Part shown: positions 24,066 through 35,631 of the stretch, one piece after another
How the letters are laid out: each line of letters begins with the position of its first letter
Position numbering within the stretch: position 1 is the stretch's first letter
From: Paraspadella gotoi
Taxonomy: Eukaryota; Animalia; Chaetognatha
Reading direction: 5' to 3'
Assembly: GCA_051294375.1 (NCBI GenBank)
Contig: CM119268.1
Coordinates: 7,150,861 to 7,214,860 of the forward strand
DNA: 64,000 nt
Program-made: the position numbers and the translations under genes
The notes under the pieces: model-generated
Seen by the model: the letters and a program-made list of their open reading frames with translations, nothing else
Told to the model about the DNA's origin: nothing
Database searches by the model: none

Positions 24066-24416
24066 CTCCTTTCCTCAAGTCTACCCGGTACGCCTCCTCG
24101 GAAGATTTTATAGATTGACTTTCATTTATTCCACAAAATTGTCATTATTGTTGCAGATACTCGGGAGTCCATCGACCAAGCCCACTTTTTATTCTCGCGA
24201 CGAATTCCATCGATTTTTCCATCAACTTCTTTGTTTCCATCGGATTCCATCCAGGGACTCGGAGAGAAAGGGGGGGGGTCCTTGGCTACCGTTACATATT
24301 TTTTTTTTAGGGGGGGGGTCGATAAAAGCTCAACCAGCTTTTTACTATGTAGTATTCACTACGGTTGTATCACCTTTAGGTTTATTTTAATAGTAAACTA
24401 TAAAAAATGAATTGTT

Positions 24417-24770
24417 TATGAAATTGGTACAACCAATGTAAAAAACTATCCATTAATTTAATAAATAAGCTATTATGGAAGACGATGCCGCGAGCAGTTT
24501 ACCGTCCGTTGCACACAAGGTCCCGAACTTCGGATCGGGCTGTAGTCCGACACTACAGGTGGGTTAGACGCCCCGTCCCGCTTTTACTTGTGTGAATCAG
24601 CAGGGCGCGAACCCGAGTCCTTTGGGTTGGGAGGAGCTCGTGCTACCTCCGGCGCCATAGGTGCTGCTGATTCTCGGACGAGTAGTGGGGTATGAAATAC
24701 GACCACTACACTATCTCACTAGTTTATTCACTCCCACAGTACCTGACTTCCCTATCAATGAAGTGGTATT
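24417..24770. mobile_element. Family A copy interrupted by a SINE
   Basis: tatgaaattggtacaacc...ataagctat (24417-24473) and gtttattcactcc...ccctatcaatgaagtgg (~24712-24770) flank the SINE. Confidence 0.7.
24476..24666 (-). mobile_element. tRNA-derived SINE (family 2)
   Basis: A-box-like TGGCGCCGGAGG (24657-24646), B-box GGTTCGCGCCC (24613-24603), central domain 24587-24520 homologous to SINE family 1, different tail. Confidence 0.7.
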
Positions 24771-25063
24771 AAAGGACAACTCTCTTATATTACATTTTAC
24801 TTAATACTTGCTTAGTACATTTTGTTTTTTTTGGCATCGTATCTCTATTTTTTCCCATAATTTTTGACCAGTTCTATAGGAGAGAATCGGATTCTTTCCA
24901 TGAAGAGAGCATTTTTATTTTATGGGTAGCAGATGCCGTCCATCTGAAAAACAGGTGTAGTCCACCTGTGGAAAATGTGACTCCCATCCGGAAGTTCTAC
25001 TTCAAGCGCATCAGAAGTTTAGGGTAAAATGACCCGATTAGAGAAAGATGGATGATATCGATC

Positions 25064-25083
25064 GATCAATCAATAAATCAATA

Positions 25084-25146
<63 letters not shown>

Positions 25147-25177
25147 TAACCAATCGATCAATCAATCAATCAATCAA
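25064..25177. repeat. (ATCA)n microsatellite
   Basis: Direct reading. Confidence 0.95.
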
Positions 25178-26258
25178 ACTTTTTCTCCCTCTGTTCGGGA
25201 TCCAAAGAGAATAAGCAGGACCCGGGAGAAGGTTAACTCAGAGTTAGTCAGCTCCTTACCTAACCCAGACTTAAGATAGAGCACCGTGGAGAAAGGGGGA
25301 AGGGCGAGAAGGAAAGGGGTTGAAAAAATGATTTATTCATAATGGATTTCTCTCTTTCCGTCATTTCCCTCTCTTTTTTTTTTATTCTATCAGATGCGTT
25401 TTTCTTTCGCGACGCGAAAATCCCGCCTCCTTTTTTTTTCGATGAAGAGACGGGGGAAGAGGAAAATTAGGGAAGGGGGGAAGAGGAAAAGGGAAGAGGA
25501 AAAAGGGGAAAGAGGAAAAAGGGGAAGTGGGGGAAGTGTAAAATTGGGGAAGAGGAAAAAGGGGAAAGGAGAAAAAGATGGAAGGGGGAAGAGGAAAAAA
25601 GGGGAAAGGGAAAAATAGGGAAGAAGAAAAAGGGGAATAGAAAAAAGGGGGAAGGGGAAGAGGAAAAAGGGGAAGGAGGGGAAGAGGAAAGGGGAAGGGA
25701 AAAAAGGGGAAGGGGAAGAGGAAAAGGGGGAAGAGGAAAAAGGGGGATGGGGGGATGGATGGGGAGAGGAAGGGGGACTGATGTTGGCCCAATTGGGCTC
25801 TCTTTTCCGAGAGTGCCCCATTTAAGTTCGCTTATCCCAGAATTTAATTTAAAATTTACATATTTAACTTAATCCCTAACACTTACCTTTAATTTTTAAT
25901 TTTTAACTAAAAAAAAATTAACTTCATTCCAAAATAAAGGACGAGAATCGGCTTATGAACGGCATCCACGGTAGATATAATGAGAAGCAAATGTTTTCCC
26001 GTTCGGTTTCCCTCGACTAAAAACAAAAAAGATCAGTTGAACTTACCAAAAAAGTAAGTTCCGCTATCGTTACGCCTCTCAATCTAAATTTGACATGAAA
26101 TGCTCGCGCGGTGGGTTCGAAAAACCAATCGATTGATACTTTCAGACGAAATTATATTTTATATCTTGCTTTAAATACATATTTCGCCCCTGTACCCTTT
26201 CCATCCCTTGTTGTTCTTTCTTCTTCTTTCTTCTTTCATTTCATATCTCCTTTCCTTT

Positions 26259-26573
26259 ATCCCTTTTCCTTTCACGTTATAATTCTTTGTCCTCTCCTTT
26301 CCTTATTCTTTTTTCCTTTCACATTATCATCCTTTGTCCTTTCCTTTTCTTATTCTCTTTTTCTTTTACATTATCATTGTTTGTCCTCTCCTTTCCTTAT
26401 TCTCTTTTCCTTTCATGTTATCATTCTTTGTCCTTTCCTTTCCTTATTCTTTTTTTCCTTTCACATTATCATCCTTTATCCTTTCCTTATTCTCTTTTCC
26501 TTTCACGTTATCATTCTTTGTCCTTTCCTTTCCTTTATCCCGTTTCCTTTCACATTATCATCCTTTGTCCTTT
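26259..26573. repeat. ~45-bp minisatellite
   Basis: Unit ccttattctcttttcctttcacattatcatcctttgtcctttcct, about 7 copies. Confidence 0.9.
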
Positions 26574-26959
26574 CAACTCCTTTTTTCTCCCACAATTTTT
26601 TATTCTCTATTTTTTTTTCAACCAAAAAAAATATGTGGAACGAAATTCTTCTGCGCAGGTAAGTGGAACGATATATGAACTCGAAAGAAAAATACTTTCT
26701 CGTTATGATTATGATAATAATAGATAAAAAAAACCATTTATTTTTGTTATTTATTGTTATATTGAGTTTCAGAAAATGTTTGTGATTTGCAGGCAAAACA
26801 ATTTTGCGATTTTATTCGTGATTATTTATTATTATTATTATTATTCATTATTGTTTTTAATTATACCTTGGCGAAAAGATGGAATTGGTAAAAAATAATT
26901 GATAAAAAACACCAGTGTGGTATTTATAATTATAAAAAAAATCCTTTTGAGCATGAATT

Positions 26960-27310
26960 TAAAAAAATTTAAAACTTCCGAGGAATTTCTGACAGGTTTA
27001 AGCAATTGCATTGGCTAGCAATGATGCCTATTCGCTGTGAATTAATTAACAAGATGGTGACGATAGAATAAAGAATGTCTGTTTAATAATTTTATAGACT
27101 AAGTTAAGCAATTTCTTGAATAGAGCGATTATTTACTATTGCTTAAGAAACTTGATGATACCAAAAAAGATGATGACAATGACGACGAAATAAAATAATT
27201 TGAAAATATTCAAGTTAAAGAATTTGCTGACGATTTTGACGAAGAGGAAGGCGATGATGACAAATATCAACTTGAGAAAATTAGATTTTGTCAACGAAGA
27301 TTATTTTAAA
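26960..27310 (+). pseudogene. Possible decayed coding remnant (hAT transposase C-terminal-like?)
   Basis: Fragments in different frames with stops: LHWLAMMPIRCE, TKLSNFLN, then an acidic tail DDTKKDDDNDDE..EFADDFDEEEGDDD. Loose resemblance only. Confidence 0.2.
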
Positions 27311-27831
27311 TATTTATTATCGATGATTTCGTATCTGTGTAAACGAGAAAAATGAACTGAAGAAAAGAAATACGTTCGGCTCTCTTTTCCCAGAGCACCC
27401 TAGTTATATTTTAATTTTTAATATTTAACATAAACATAACCTTAGTCCACCAAAAAATTACCCATTCTACCCTTTTCTGATCAGCCTTTTAGATATTATG
27501 AGGTTCTTATTAATGAGTTTCTTACAGAAATTATGTGTGATATATATTTAGAAAACTAGGGCAGGAAGTAATATAACCTTACAGTTACACCTTGTGTTTT
27601 ATAGATGCTCCCTCTATTTCCAGAAGACAACACTAACAGCCCTCTCCCAATAATAATATTTTTTAGATTTAGATTATCAAAAACCAAAATTATTAAAAAA
27701 TAATAATAATAATAAAATTTAAAAAAATATAGAATTTGTAATAAATAATTATATTAAATATTATAAAATCTAAGACTTAAAATAATGAAATAAGAAATTT
27801 TGCAATTTTCATATTCTTAATTTTATAACCA

Positions 27832-28088
27832 AATCCCTAACCCTTTTTCTTAATCTCATCCAAAATTCTAACCTTATCTTAAACCCTAATATTAAATCCC
27901 TATTCTTCATTTTTAATACTAACTCGCCACCTTAAAATAAAGTCCCTAACCCTAATCACTAACTTAATCCCTAACTTAATCCCTAACCTTATTTGCTAAT
28001 TTTATCTTTAACCGCTAACCTAATTATTCATTTAAAAAAATCAATATAATTTTAAATTTAAGATAAAATGGTTCGTTCTGAGAAAATA
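27832..28088. repeat. Degenerate (CCCTAA)-like array, second copy
   Basis: ccctaaccctaatc, taatccctaac repeats ending aaaatggttcgttctgagaaaata, as at ~11.0 kb. Confidence 0.6.
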
Positions 28089-29026
28089 AAGCCATTCTTT
28101 TTTTTTCTCAAACCGAGATTTCGTTTCAGGGAAGAATATTTTTAGTTTTGAGAGTTTGGAAAGGTGAAACTTGATGCGGGTGAATGGGGTGATGGGGTTA
28201 TGAGGTGATGGGGTGAATGAATCTGAATGATATAAAAATCGGATTGTGAAGAGAGTGAACAGGAGAAAGTCACGAAAGAGAGGTGGCATTTAATAATTTT
28301 GATAATGCAGTCTCTTTTAACCTCTTAGGGTATAGCCAATTTGTCGTATGTCACCGGGTTGACTTCAGAACCTTCTCTCCCTTTAATTCATCTATTAAAA
28401 AGTATTGTCATGTTTCTTTTTTTTTTTTACTGATATTTTTACTGATAAGTAGGTCGCCAGCAAACGATTAATTTTGTTCTAGTCGTCGCTATCGTCATCA
28501 TCATTTTTTAACTTCGTCGTCGTCTTATTTCATTTTTCTCTTTTTTTTTTATCCAAAATAAGTTGAATGTTTTTTTTTCAACGAAGCCATGCGATTGGGG
28601 TCGATAACATTTTCCTTTTAGAAACACTGCTCGTCTCCAGTATTGAGAATAATTTAATTATTAATTTAATTATTAATTAATTTAATTAATTATCTATCTT
28701 GCCTTCCAAGGTATCATTTTCATTTTCATTTTCGTCTCTACAATGATTTATTTTTTGATTTTATATTCTCTTTATACATTAATATTGTTCAATTGAACAA
28801 TGTTCATCATCTGCTACCAAAATTAACTAAGTAACCAATTACCCAAGTGTCCTTGTAAATTTTCATCCTATATCCCACGTAAATCTCATCGCGGTTGTCG
28901 TCGTCGTCGTCGTCGTCGTCATCTTCATTAAACCAGCAGAGTGGCAAAGGAATTGGAATTGGAATTTGGATCCAATTAAGTGAATTTTTGTGTCGCGAAG
29001 TCGAAAAGAGAATCGAGTTTAGAATT

Positions 29027-29421
29027 TTTTAGTTGCGCCGCGAGTACTCTATAAGTCCCTTTTCGGTCGGTCCGTCGGTCCGTCGGTCCGTCGGTAATCG
29101 ACTCGATATGTCTGTCCTTTGGTCAGTCCCACCTACGTTAAAAAAGCATATAATTTGCCTATAGTTGGTTGCTCTTTTGTTAAGACAGAAAAAACCTTAA
29201 ATCTAAGGGACTGATAGTGCCGCCTTTAGGAATTCATAAAATTATTAGGAATAAAAGGCGGAATTTTGATACAGTGGATGTCATAAATACAGTACATGTT
29301 GTAAATAAAGTTTTTTAGTCTTGTCATTTTATGTCATGTAATATCATGTGATCAAAGGAAAATACATGTGAAAATAAAGTCTCTAGGCGAGGCGCAACAC
29401 ATTGGAATTACAGTTCTTGTT
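29027..29421 (+). mobile_element. Non-autonomous Helentron (HINE), second copy
   Basis: TTTT-AGTTGCGCCGCGAGTACT, (GTCGGTCC)n, shared core with 2992-3275, GGCGCAAC subTIR, ends CTTGTT. Confidence 0.8.
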
Positions 29422-29965
29422 TTTAAAAAAAAAAAGATTGTGCAAGAGAGTCAAGTACGTCAGTTGCAATAGAAAATTGTATTAGCTACAGTAACAGACA
29501 TAGNNNNNNNNNNGGCATCCCTAGCCACCACATAAAAAATTGACCAAAGGGAGTTGACCCCGTGGTGACGAAACCTTCGGCTCCTAAATTTATTCCACGA
29601 GGAAAGACGCTTCGTAATTTATTATTCTAGACAGTACATACTGTCGAATAACCGACTGGTTAACTGGTTAACTGGTTAACTGTTCAATACTTTCGTTGAC
29701 CTGTTATGGGTTGATTTTTTGAGAAATTGAGCAGAGAGATTTTTTTACTAATATCTCGAGACAAGGTTCGGTACATGAAAAGGCTTCCTTATTTTCGGCG
29801 TTTCGAAGTGTGAAAGCCCGAAAGCGTGAAAGCTTATAAGCGTGAACCCGTCAGATATTAAGAGTGATAAGGCAAAGAGTGAAATAGTTTGAATGAATGA
29901 ATCAGTTAAAGCGATAAACAGTTAAAGAGTGAAAGAGTGAAAGCTATACTAATCTCTCCCCCTAC

Positions 29966-30184
29966 GCTCTGGAAATCTTTCTCTGCGCCAAATTCTTTCC
30001 GGAATTCGCCTCGTTTCTCGTTCCCGTCCCGAACAGACGAGGCCACAACAATACGCGGCCAATCTCATCCTCTTGGCCTCATCTATAAAAATGGCGGGAG
30101 ATATGATGATGAGGAGGAGGAAGAGCGGGGAGGAGGAAGAGGAGGCATGTATAGAGAGCCAAGCGTCTGGTTGCGAGCATGATT
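29966..30184 (-). CDS. Candidate exon of an unidentified gene
   Basis: caatag| ... |GTAGGG, 219 nt, phase 1-1, open: (E)SCSQPDAWLSIHASSSSSPLFLLLIIISPAIFIDEAKRMRLAAYCCGLVCSGRERETRRIPERIWRRERFPE. No family recognised. Confidence 0.3.
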
Positions 30185-30942
30185 CTATTGATATATTTAT
30201 TCAATTATTTTATACAAATATAATATTTATATCTTAATATAAAAATTAAATATTAAAATTTTACATTTTTTAAATAAAGATGGAAGAACAGAAATTGTGT
30301 ATTGATAAAAACTATAAAGTTAAAACAAATTTGTTTTATTTAATAAAAATTATTATTTATAAATAATAAAAACTTTCTTTTTTTTAAATACAAAATTAAA
30401 AAAGCTTTAAATAAATTGAATTTTATTTGAATATATAATAAAAATAAATTTAATCTAAAACTTCATAATAAAATTATATTATAATTTTTACTCTTTATAA
30501 CTCTTTATAACTCTTTATAACTCTTTATAACTCTTTATAACTCTTTATCAATTAAATTCTCAAGTTGTCGAAAACCTCGCTAAGCTATACCTCTTGGGAG
30601 GAGTAGGACTGGCAAGGGGAGGAGAGGAATATTGAGGAAAGGGAGAGGAAGGGAGATCCCCGCACGATTTAAACTTTCCCTCGACGTATGAATATTTTTA
30701 GCGGGGATTCCCTTCCCCGGGGACCAAACGGGGAAAAGAGAAAATAAGGGGGAAAAAAGAAATATAAAAAAGAAAAGAGAATCAGAGCTAACACCCACGT
30801 ATGGAAAGATTGAAATAGAAAAAAAAAAGAGGTGAGAAGAGAGAGAGAAACGTATAGAAAATATCGGATATCAGAGGGAAAAAATCGAGAGAATTCGTTT
30901 TCTGTCTGTCACCACCAGAATCGCAGCCTGGGAATCTGAATC

Positions 30943-30990
<48 letters not shown>

Positions 30991-31078
30991 AGAGGGAGGA
31001 GAGAGAGAGGGCGACCTCACCCCTTTTTCCCCGAAATTCTTCCATGTTTGACGCCTGCAACTCGGCGCGCGCGGGCGA

Positions 31079-31153
<75 letters not shown>

Positions 31154-31637
31154 TTCGGGCGAGAAAGGTAAGTTGCTGTCGGAGGGAAGCGAGAAGAATG
31201 AAAAACCGGTTGATGGATGCGGAGACATGGCGTGGGGGGGAAAGGAGGGGGGAGAGAGGGAGGCATAGGGAAAAGGGGGGAATTTAGGTGGGAATGTGGA
31301 GAGAGGTAGGAGAGAGGAAGGTGGTTATAACCGAACGAGAGGGAAGGTGGTTACATCACGAAAAAATACGCAAAATTCAAAATGAGAAAAACCAAACGGA
31401 CTGTAGAACAAAGACCACTAAAATTAATAGGAAATCAGTAATTAATTTAGTAAAATTAGTAATAGAATCTGAGGGTAAAAAAACAAAAACAATATATGAT
31501 GTATGATATCCAGGAGCGAAAATAGTATAGTCTACCAGAAGGCCAGTAAATGAATAAAGCATGGAACAGGGGGAAGAAAGCAAGAGAAAGGGAGGAACGA
31601 AAAAAGTCGACTTTGTAGAGAAACGGGAAGAAAGAAA

Positions 31638-32055
31638 AACAAAGAACGGTTATTCCAAGGTGTTGCGCGCGCAATACTTTTCTTTTTACTAATCAATAAT
31701 CCTATAGTGTGTATATTTTGGTAGACATGATGTATTAACCTTTCTTTTTTATTGTTACTTTGATAGTAGAAAAATCAAAGTTTTAATGATTTTTTACAAC
31801 GAATAATAATAAAAACAAATTTGTTGTAAAAAATTATTATAACTTTGTTTTTTCTACTAAGATTTCTTTAAAAACAAAAGGCGGCGCCAGTAGTCGTTTA
31901 GATTTGATTTGTAACAAATGAGCAACAAACTATAAGCAAGTTCTAAGCGTTTTTAACGTAAGTGGGACAGACCGACGGACAAACATACTGACGGACCGAC
32001 CGACCGAATAGTGACTTATAGAGTTGCTCCGCGAGTACTCGCGGCGCAACTAAAA
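31638..32055 (-). mobile_element. Non-autonomous Helentron (HINE), third copy, with nested foldback
   Basis: Same termini as 2992-3275 (gagttgctccgcgagtactcgcggcgcaactaaaaa; aagaacggttattcc); also present in the block duplicates (~39714-40150 etc.). Confidence 0.8.
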
Positions 32056-32073
32056 AGTGACTCCAGGTCTCAC

Positions 32074-32280
32074 CGCCTCGAGTAAAGCGGAATGCAGAAC
32101 GAGAATGTGAACCTTGAAGGTCGAGGGTGAAATGTGAAGCGTCGAAGTCGGGGTCAGCGTCGTAAATGTGAAAAAAAAATTTCGGTGAAAACGAGAGAAA
32201 GTGAGGAAAAGAGTTTAAAACCTCGTAGGAGGCGTCACGGTTGAACGGGCGGCGAATGTAGCGAAAATTCCGTCGCGAAA
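32074..32280 (-). CDS. Candidate exon, weak cadherin-like DAD motif
   Basis: Open frame ...FFHIYDADPDFDASHFTLDLQGSHSRSAFRFTRG ending at donor GCG|GTGAGA; acceptor not identified. Confidence 0.25.
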
Positions 32281-32536
32281 GAAAACGGGAGGTGAAAATG
32301 ATTTTTTTTTTTGTGAGAAAGATGAAAAAAAAAGTGGGAAAAATGTCGAAAGACTTTTGTTGTCGCAGCTGAGGTTAATGAATATGATGAGGGAGAGTGT
32401 AATGACGTTTGGCATGATACATATATACACTTTGTACAGTACTAGTACAGTATACAGTATTCGTCTTGGCGCAAATGAGTTTGCGAAAAAAAGAGAGGAG
32501 GGGGAAGAGGGGGAGATGAGAGAAGAGACGAGAGAC

Positions 32537-32587
<51 letters not shown>

Positions 32588-33184
32588 TACAGAGACAGAG
32601 ACAGAGACACGAGGACAGAGACAAGAGAAAAAAAAAAAAGGAAAAAGATGGAAAGGTGGGAAGGCGTGAAAAACCGGAATCACGAGTTTCCATTGTGAGG
32701 ATGTTTTGGAATCCGATTCACGCGATCGAAGGGCAGCGAGGGAGAATGGGGTCCGATTCGGTGAGCTACTGGATGATCACGTGGTTCGCTCACGCTGAGT
32801 CACAGTTGTATGATTGTCGTCGATGTTTGTATTCGTAGAAATCTGGTTAATTTTATAAATTTTCTTTATTTCACCGACCCGGTGTGATCATTTAACCAAA
32901 ATGCATTATTAATTTATTAGTAACGGCTCAAACATGAGTCAGTTAGCGGTTGCTGAAATTTAAAATAAAAGAATATGTCAAAGTCTATATAGACACAAAC
33001 AAATTAATTTTAAAAAAATGGTCGAATGGCGTCGCGACTTGATAGAAAATGACATTGGAAAAAAAAAACACTTGATAATAAAAATAATGCAAAAAAAAAT
33101 AGCTAAACAAAAAAACAACTTCAACTCTAAACCATGACAGCGACGCCAGTGACAGAGTCCCTGAGCAGCCAAGACATTTTGTGA

Positions 33185-33226
<42 letters not shown>

Positions 33227-33546
33227 GCTCTGTGGCGCGCTAGAGACGTCATTAAGTGGAGTCAGCGCCAGGTCGAGCGTCAGATCCATCCTCATCAGAC
33301 GCCGGTTAATTGCCGGCGGGCCGGCGTCGGCGCCGGTTTATTGCCGACGCGCCGTTTGTCGCTTAAAAATCCGGCGTCGCGAGGCGCCAACGACGTTTCC
33401 GCGCCAATCGACGCCGAGGAACTGTTGATGCTGCGTCATTTGCGTCATTTTTTGTTTTGTTGTCATTGATGAGATTTTTTTGGCGTCACATTGATCATTT
33501 GTTTTCTTCTTTGTTCACGAAGAGGAGTCATATTTATTCATGTACT

Positions 33547-33940
33547 TATGAAATTGGTACAACCAATATAAAAATTATCCATTCATTTATTAAATAAGCT
33601 ATCTTGTCCCTGACTTTGGACAGGCTTTGGTGGTTTAAGGCCTCCATCACTCTTGCAAGATAATAACATAACAGGTTTCTGCAAGCTTTTAATCAAGCCT
33701 CTCTCACAGTCTTGTTTATTCACTCCCAGTGAACCTGGCTTCCCTATCAATGAAGTTGTATAATATTTCAAAGAATGTTTCAATTGCATGAAAAGACCAC
33801 TCCCTTCAGTATTAGATCGGGGAATACTATATGTACTCCGCACTAGCATCAAAATACAAGGAGCTGAATTTTATGAAATTGGTACAACCAATATAAAAAT
33901 TATCCATCCATTTAATAAATAAGCTATCTTGTCCCTGACT
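33547..33940. mobile_element. Family A, 325-bp unit plus ~68-bp partial tandem copy; absent in haplotype 2
   Basis: tatgaaattggtacaaccaatataaaaattatcc at both 33547 and 33872; the equivalent site at ~41655 lacks the element. Confidence 0.8.
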
Positions 33941-34446
33941 ATAGTATAGACAATAGTTATGAAAAGCGTCTCTTGGTAACTGTCTACCAAAACGTAATTT
34001 CGGCCATTCGAACTGAAATGAGACGGACCGACCGAGAGACCGATATCAAATCGACTTACAGAGTCGATGCCTGTTTTGATTCTTCGCGACAAAAACGGGA
34101 TCCGATTTTTTTTTTCATTCGCCAGAAAAAAAAAATGTGAACGTCGATGTCCTTTTGTTTGGCGGGAGAGAAACGAAAAACGAGGAGGCGGGGGACAAAA
34201 GATCAAGGCTGAGAAAAGAGGAGAAATAAAAACGTAGCGAGTCTGAGAATTATGAGGGGAAGGAAGAGAGGGAAGGGAAGGAGAGAGGAGGGAGAGAGGG
34301 GAGAAGAGAGAGAGACTGATTGGAAAAAAGGAGAAATAAAAGAAGAGGATAAAAGGAATAAGAGGAGAGAGAGAGAGAGAGGGAGAGAGAGAGAGAGAGA
34401 CTGATTGGAAAAAAGGGGAGAATAGGAAGAGAGAGAGTAGAGAGAG

Positions 34447-34485
<39 letters not shown>

Positions 34486-34819
34486 AGAGAGAGAAAGAGA
34501 GAGGGGAGGGAGAGAGGAAAGAGAGAGAGGGAGAGAGAAAGAGAGTTGAGACGACGGGCCCAAAGGTCAAGCTCCGCTTTAATCCGACTCATTTATCATT
34601 TAACCGTCGGCGTGAGCGACGGCGAAAAAAAGGCAAGAGCGTCGATGTCGCACCGTTGACGCCGTCAGGTCGCAATCACCTGGCACCATGGCGCCATGGC
34701 GCCACGCCACGGAGAGACAACAAAAAAAATGAACAACGTTTCTCCCTTTTTTGAAGGGCGAGTGGCGCCGGGTTTGGTGGCCTTCGTCTGATTAGTAGGA
34801 AAAACGGGGGAGAGAAAAA

Positions 34820-35020
34820 CGATTGGCCGTTTGGTGATGGAAGAAAGAAGTCGCTCTCTGATTGGTTGAGAGGAAAAAAGTTGAAAACAAATGGTTCTGA
34901 TTGGTTGGAAAAAGGAAACTAATGGATCTTATTGTCCGAGATAAAAGCTTAAAATAAATTAACTGATTGGTTGAGATAGGTAAAATAAAAAAAAAAAAAA
35001 TGGTGGATCGAATTGGCTAA
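34820..35020. promoter_or_regulatory. Cluster of CCAAT (ATTGG) boxes
   Basis: gattggcc, three ctgattggttg and aattggct within ~200 bp, next to a CpG-rich segment. Confidence 0.3.
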
Positions 35021-35329
35021 ATGGTGATGATGATGATGATGATAATTTTAATGGGATGGCGAAGGAAAGCGAAAGGAAGATAATGACATAGCAGGTCCCT
35101 GCAAGTTTCCAATCTAGACTCTCTCACAGTCTCGTTTATTTACTCCCAGAGTACCTGGCTTCCCTATCAATGAAGTGGTACAATGTTTCAAAAAATGTTT
35201 CAATTGTATTATATTGTATTTTATATTCTTTATTTACTTTTCACGACTCCAAAACCATTTTTTTTTATCTGAGTCTCTTTTCTGTTTTCTTTGTCTCGGC
35301 TTCATTCCTTTTCTCATCAGTCGCCTTAC

Positions 35330-35420
35330 CTCGGTAAGGACTTCTCCGCGCGGGCGGTACACATCCCTCAACTTCTGGAGCGAACTCATTCGTCTCCTGC
35401 CTGCCAATCCGAGACTCTGG
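35330..35420 (-). CDS. Candidate exon
   Basis: tatctcag| ... GAG|GTAAGG; ATG at 35389 gives MSSLQKLRDVYRPRGEVLTE ending in phase 0. Confidence 0.3.
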
Positions 35421-35591
35421 CTGAGATAGAGTCATAATTCGATAAAGGGACTCTGTCTTTCTTCTCTCTCTCGAGAAAATAAGAAAGAAGAAAGGAAAAA
35501 GAAAAGAAAAAAAAAAAAGAAAAAAAGGGTAAAAAAAAGAAAAAAAATAAAGAAGAAAAAAAATAAAAAAGGAGGAAAGAGAAAGAGGGAT

Positions 35592-35631
<40 letters not shown>

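Noticed and set aside
24150-24260. Minus-strand peptide GLGRWTPEYL resembling the JmjC WT.EYL motif
   Set aside because: Followed immediately by a stop, with no other domain motifs.
23745-26573. Regular 35-45-bp repeats resembling CRISPR arrays
   Set aside because: Head-to-tail minisatellites without unique spacers, no cas genes, eukaryotic context.
33285-35325. Other CTGATGA motifs on minus (~33298 and ~35320)
   Set aside because: No stem II closed by GAAA and no NUH site, so not hammerheads.
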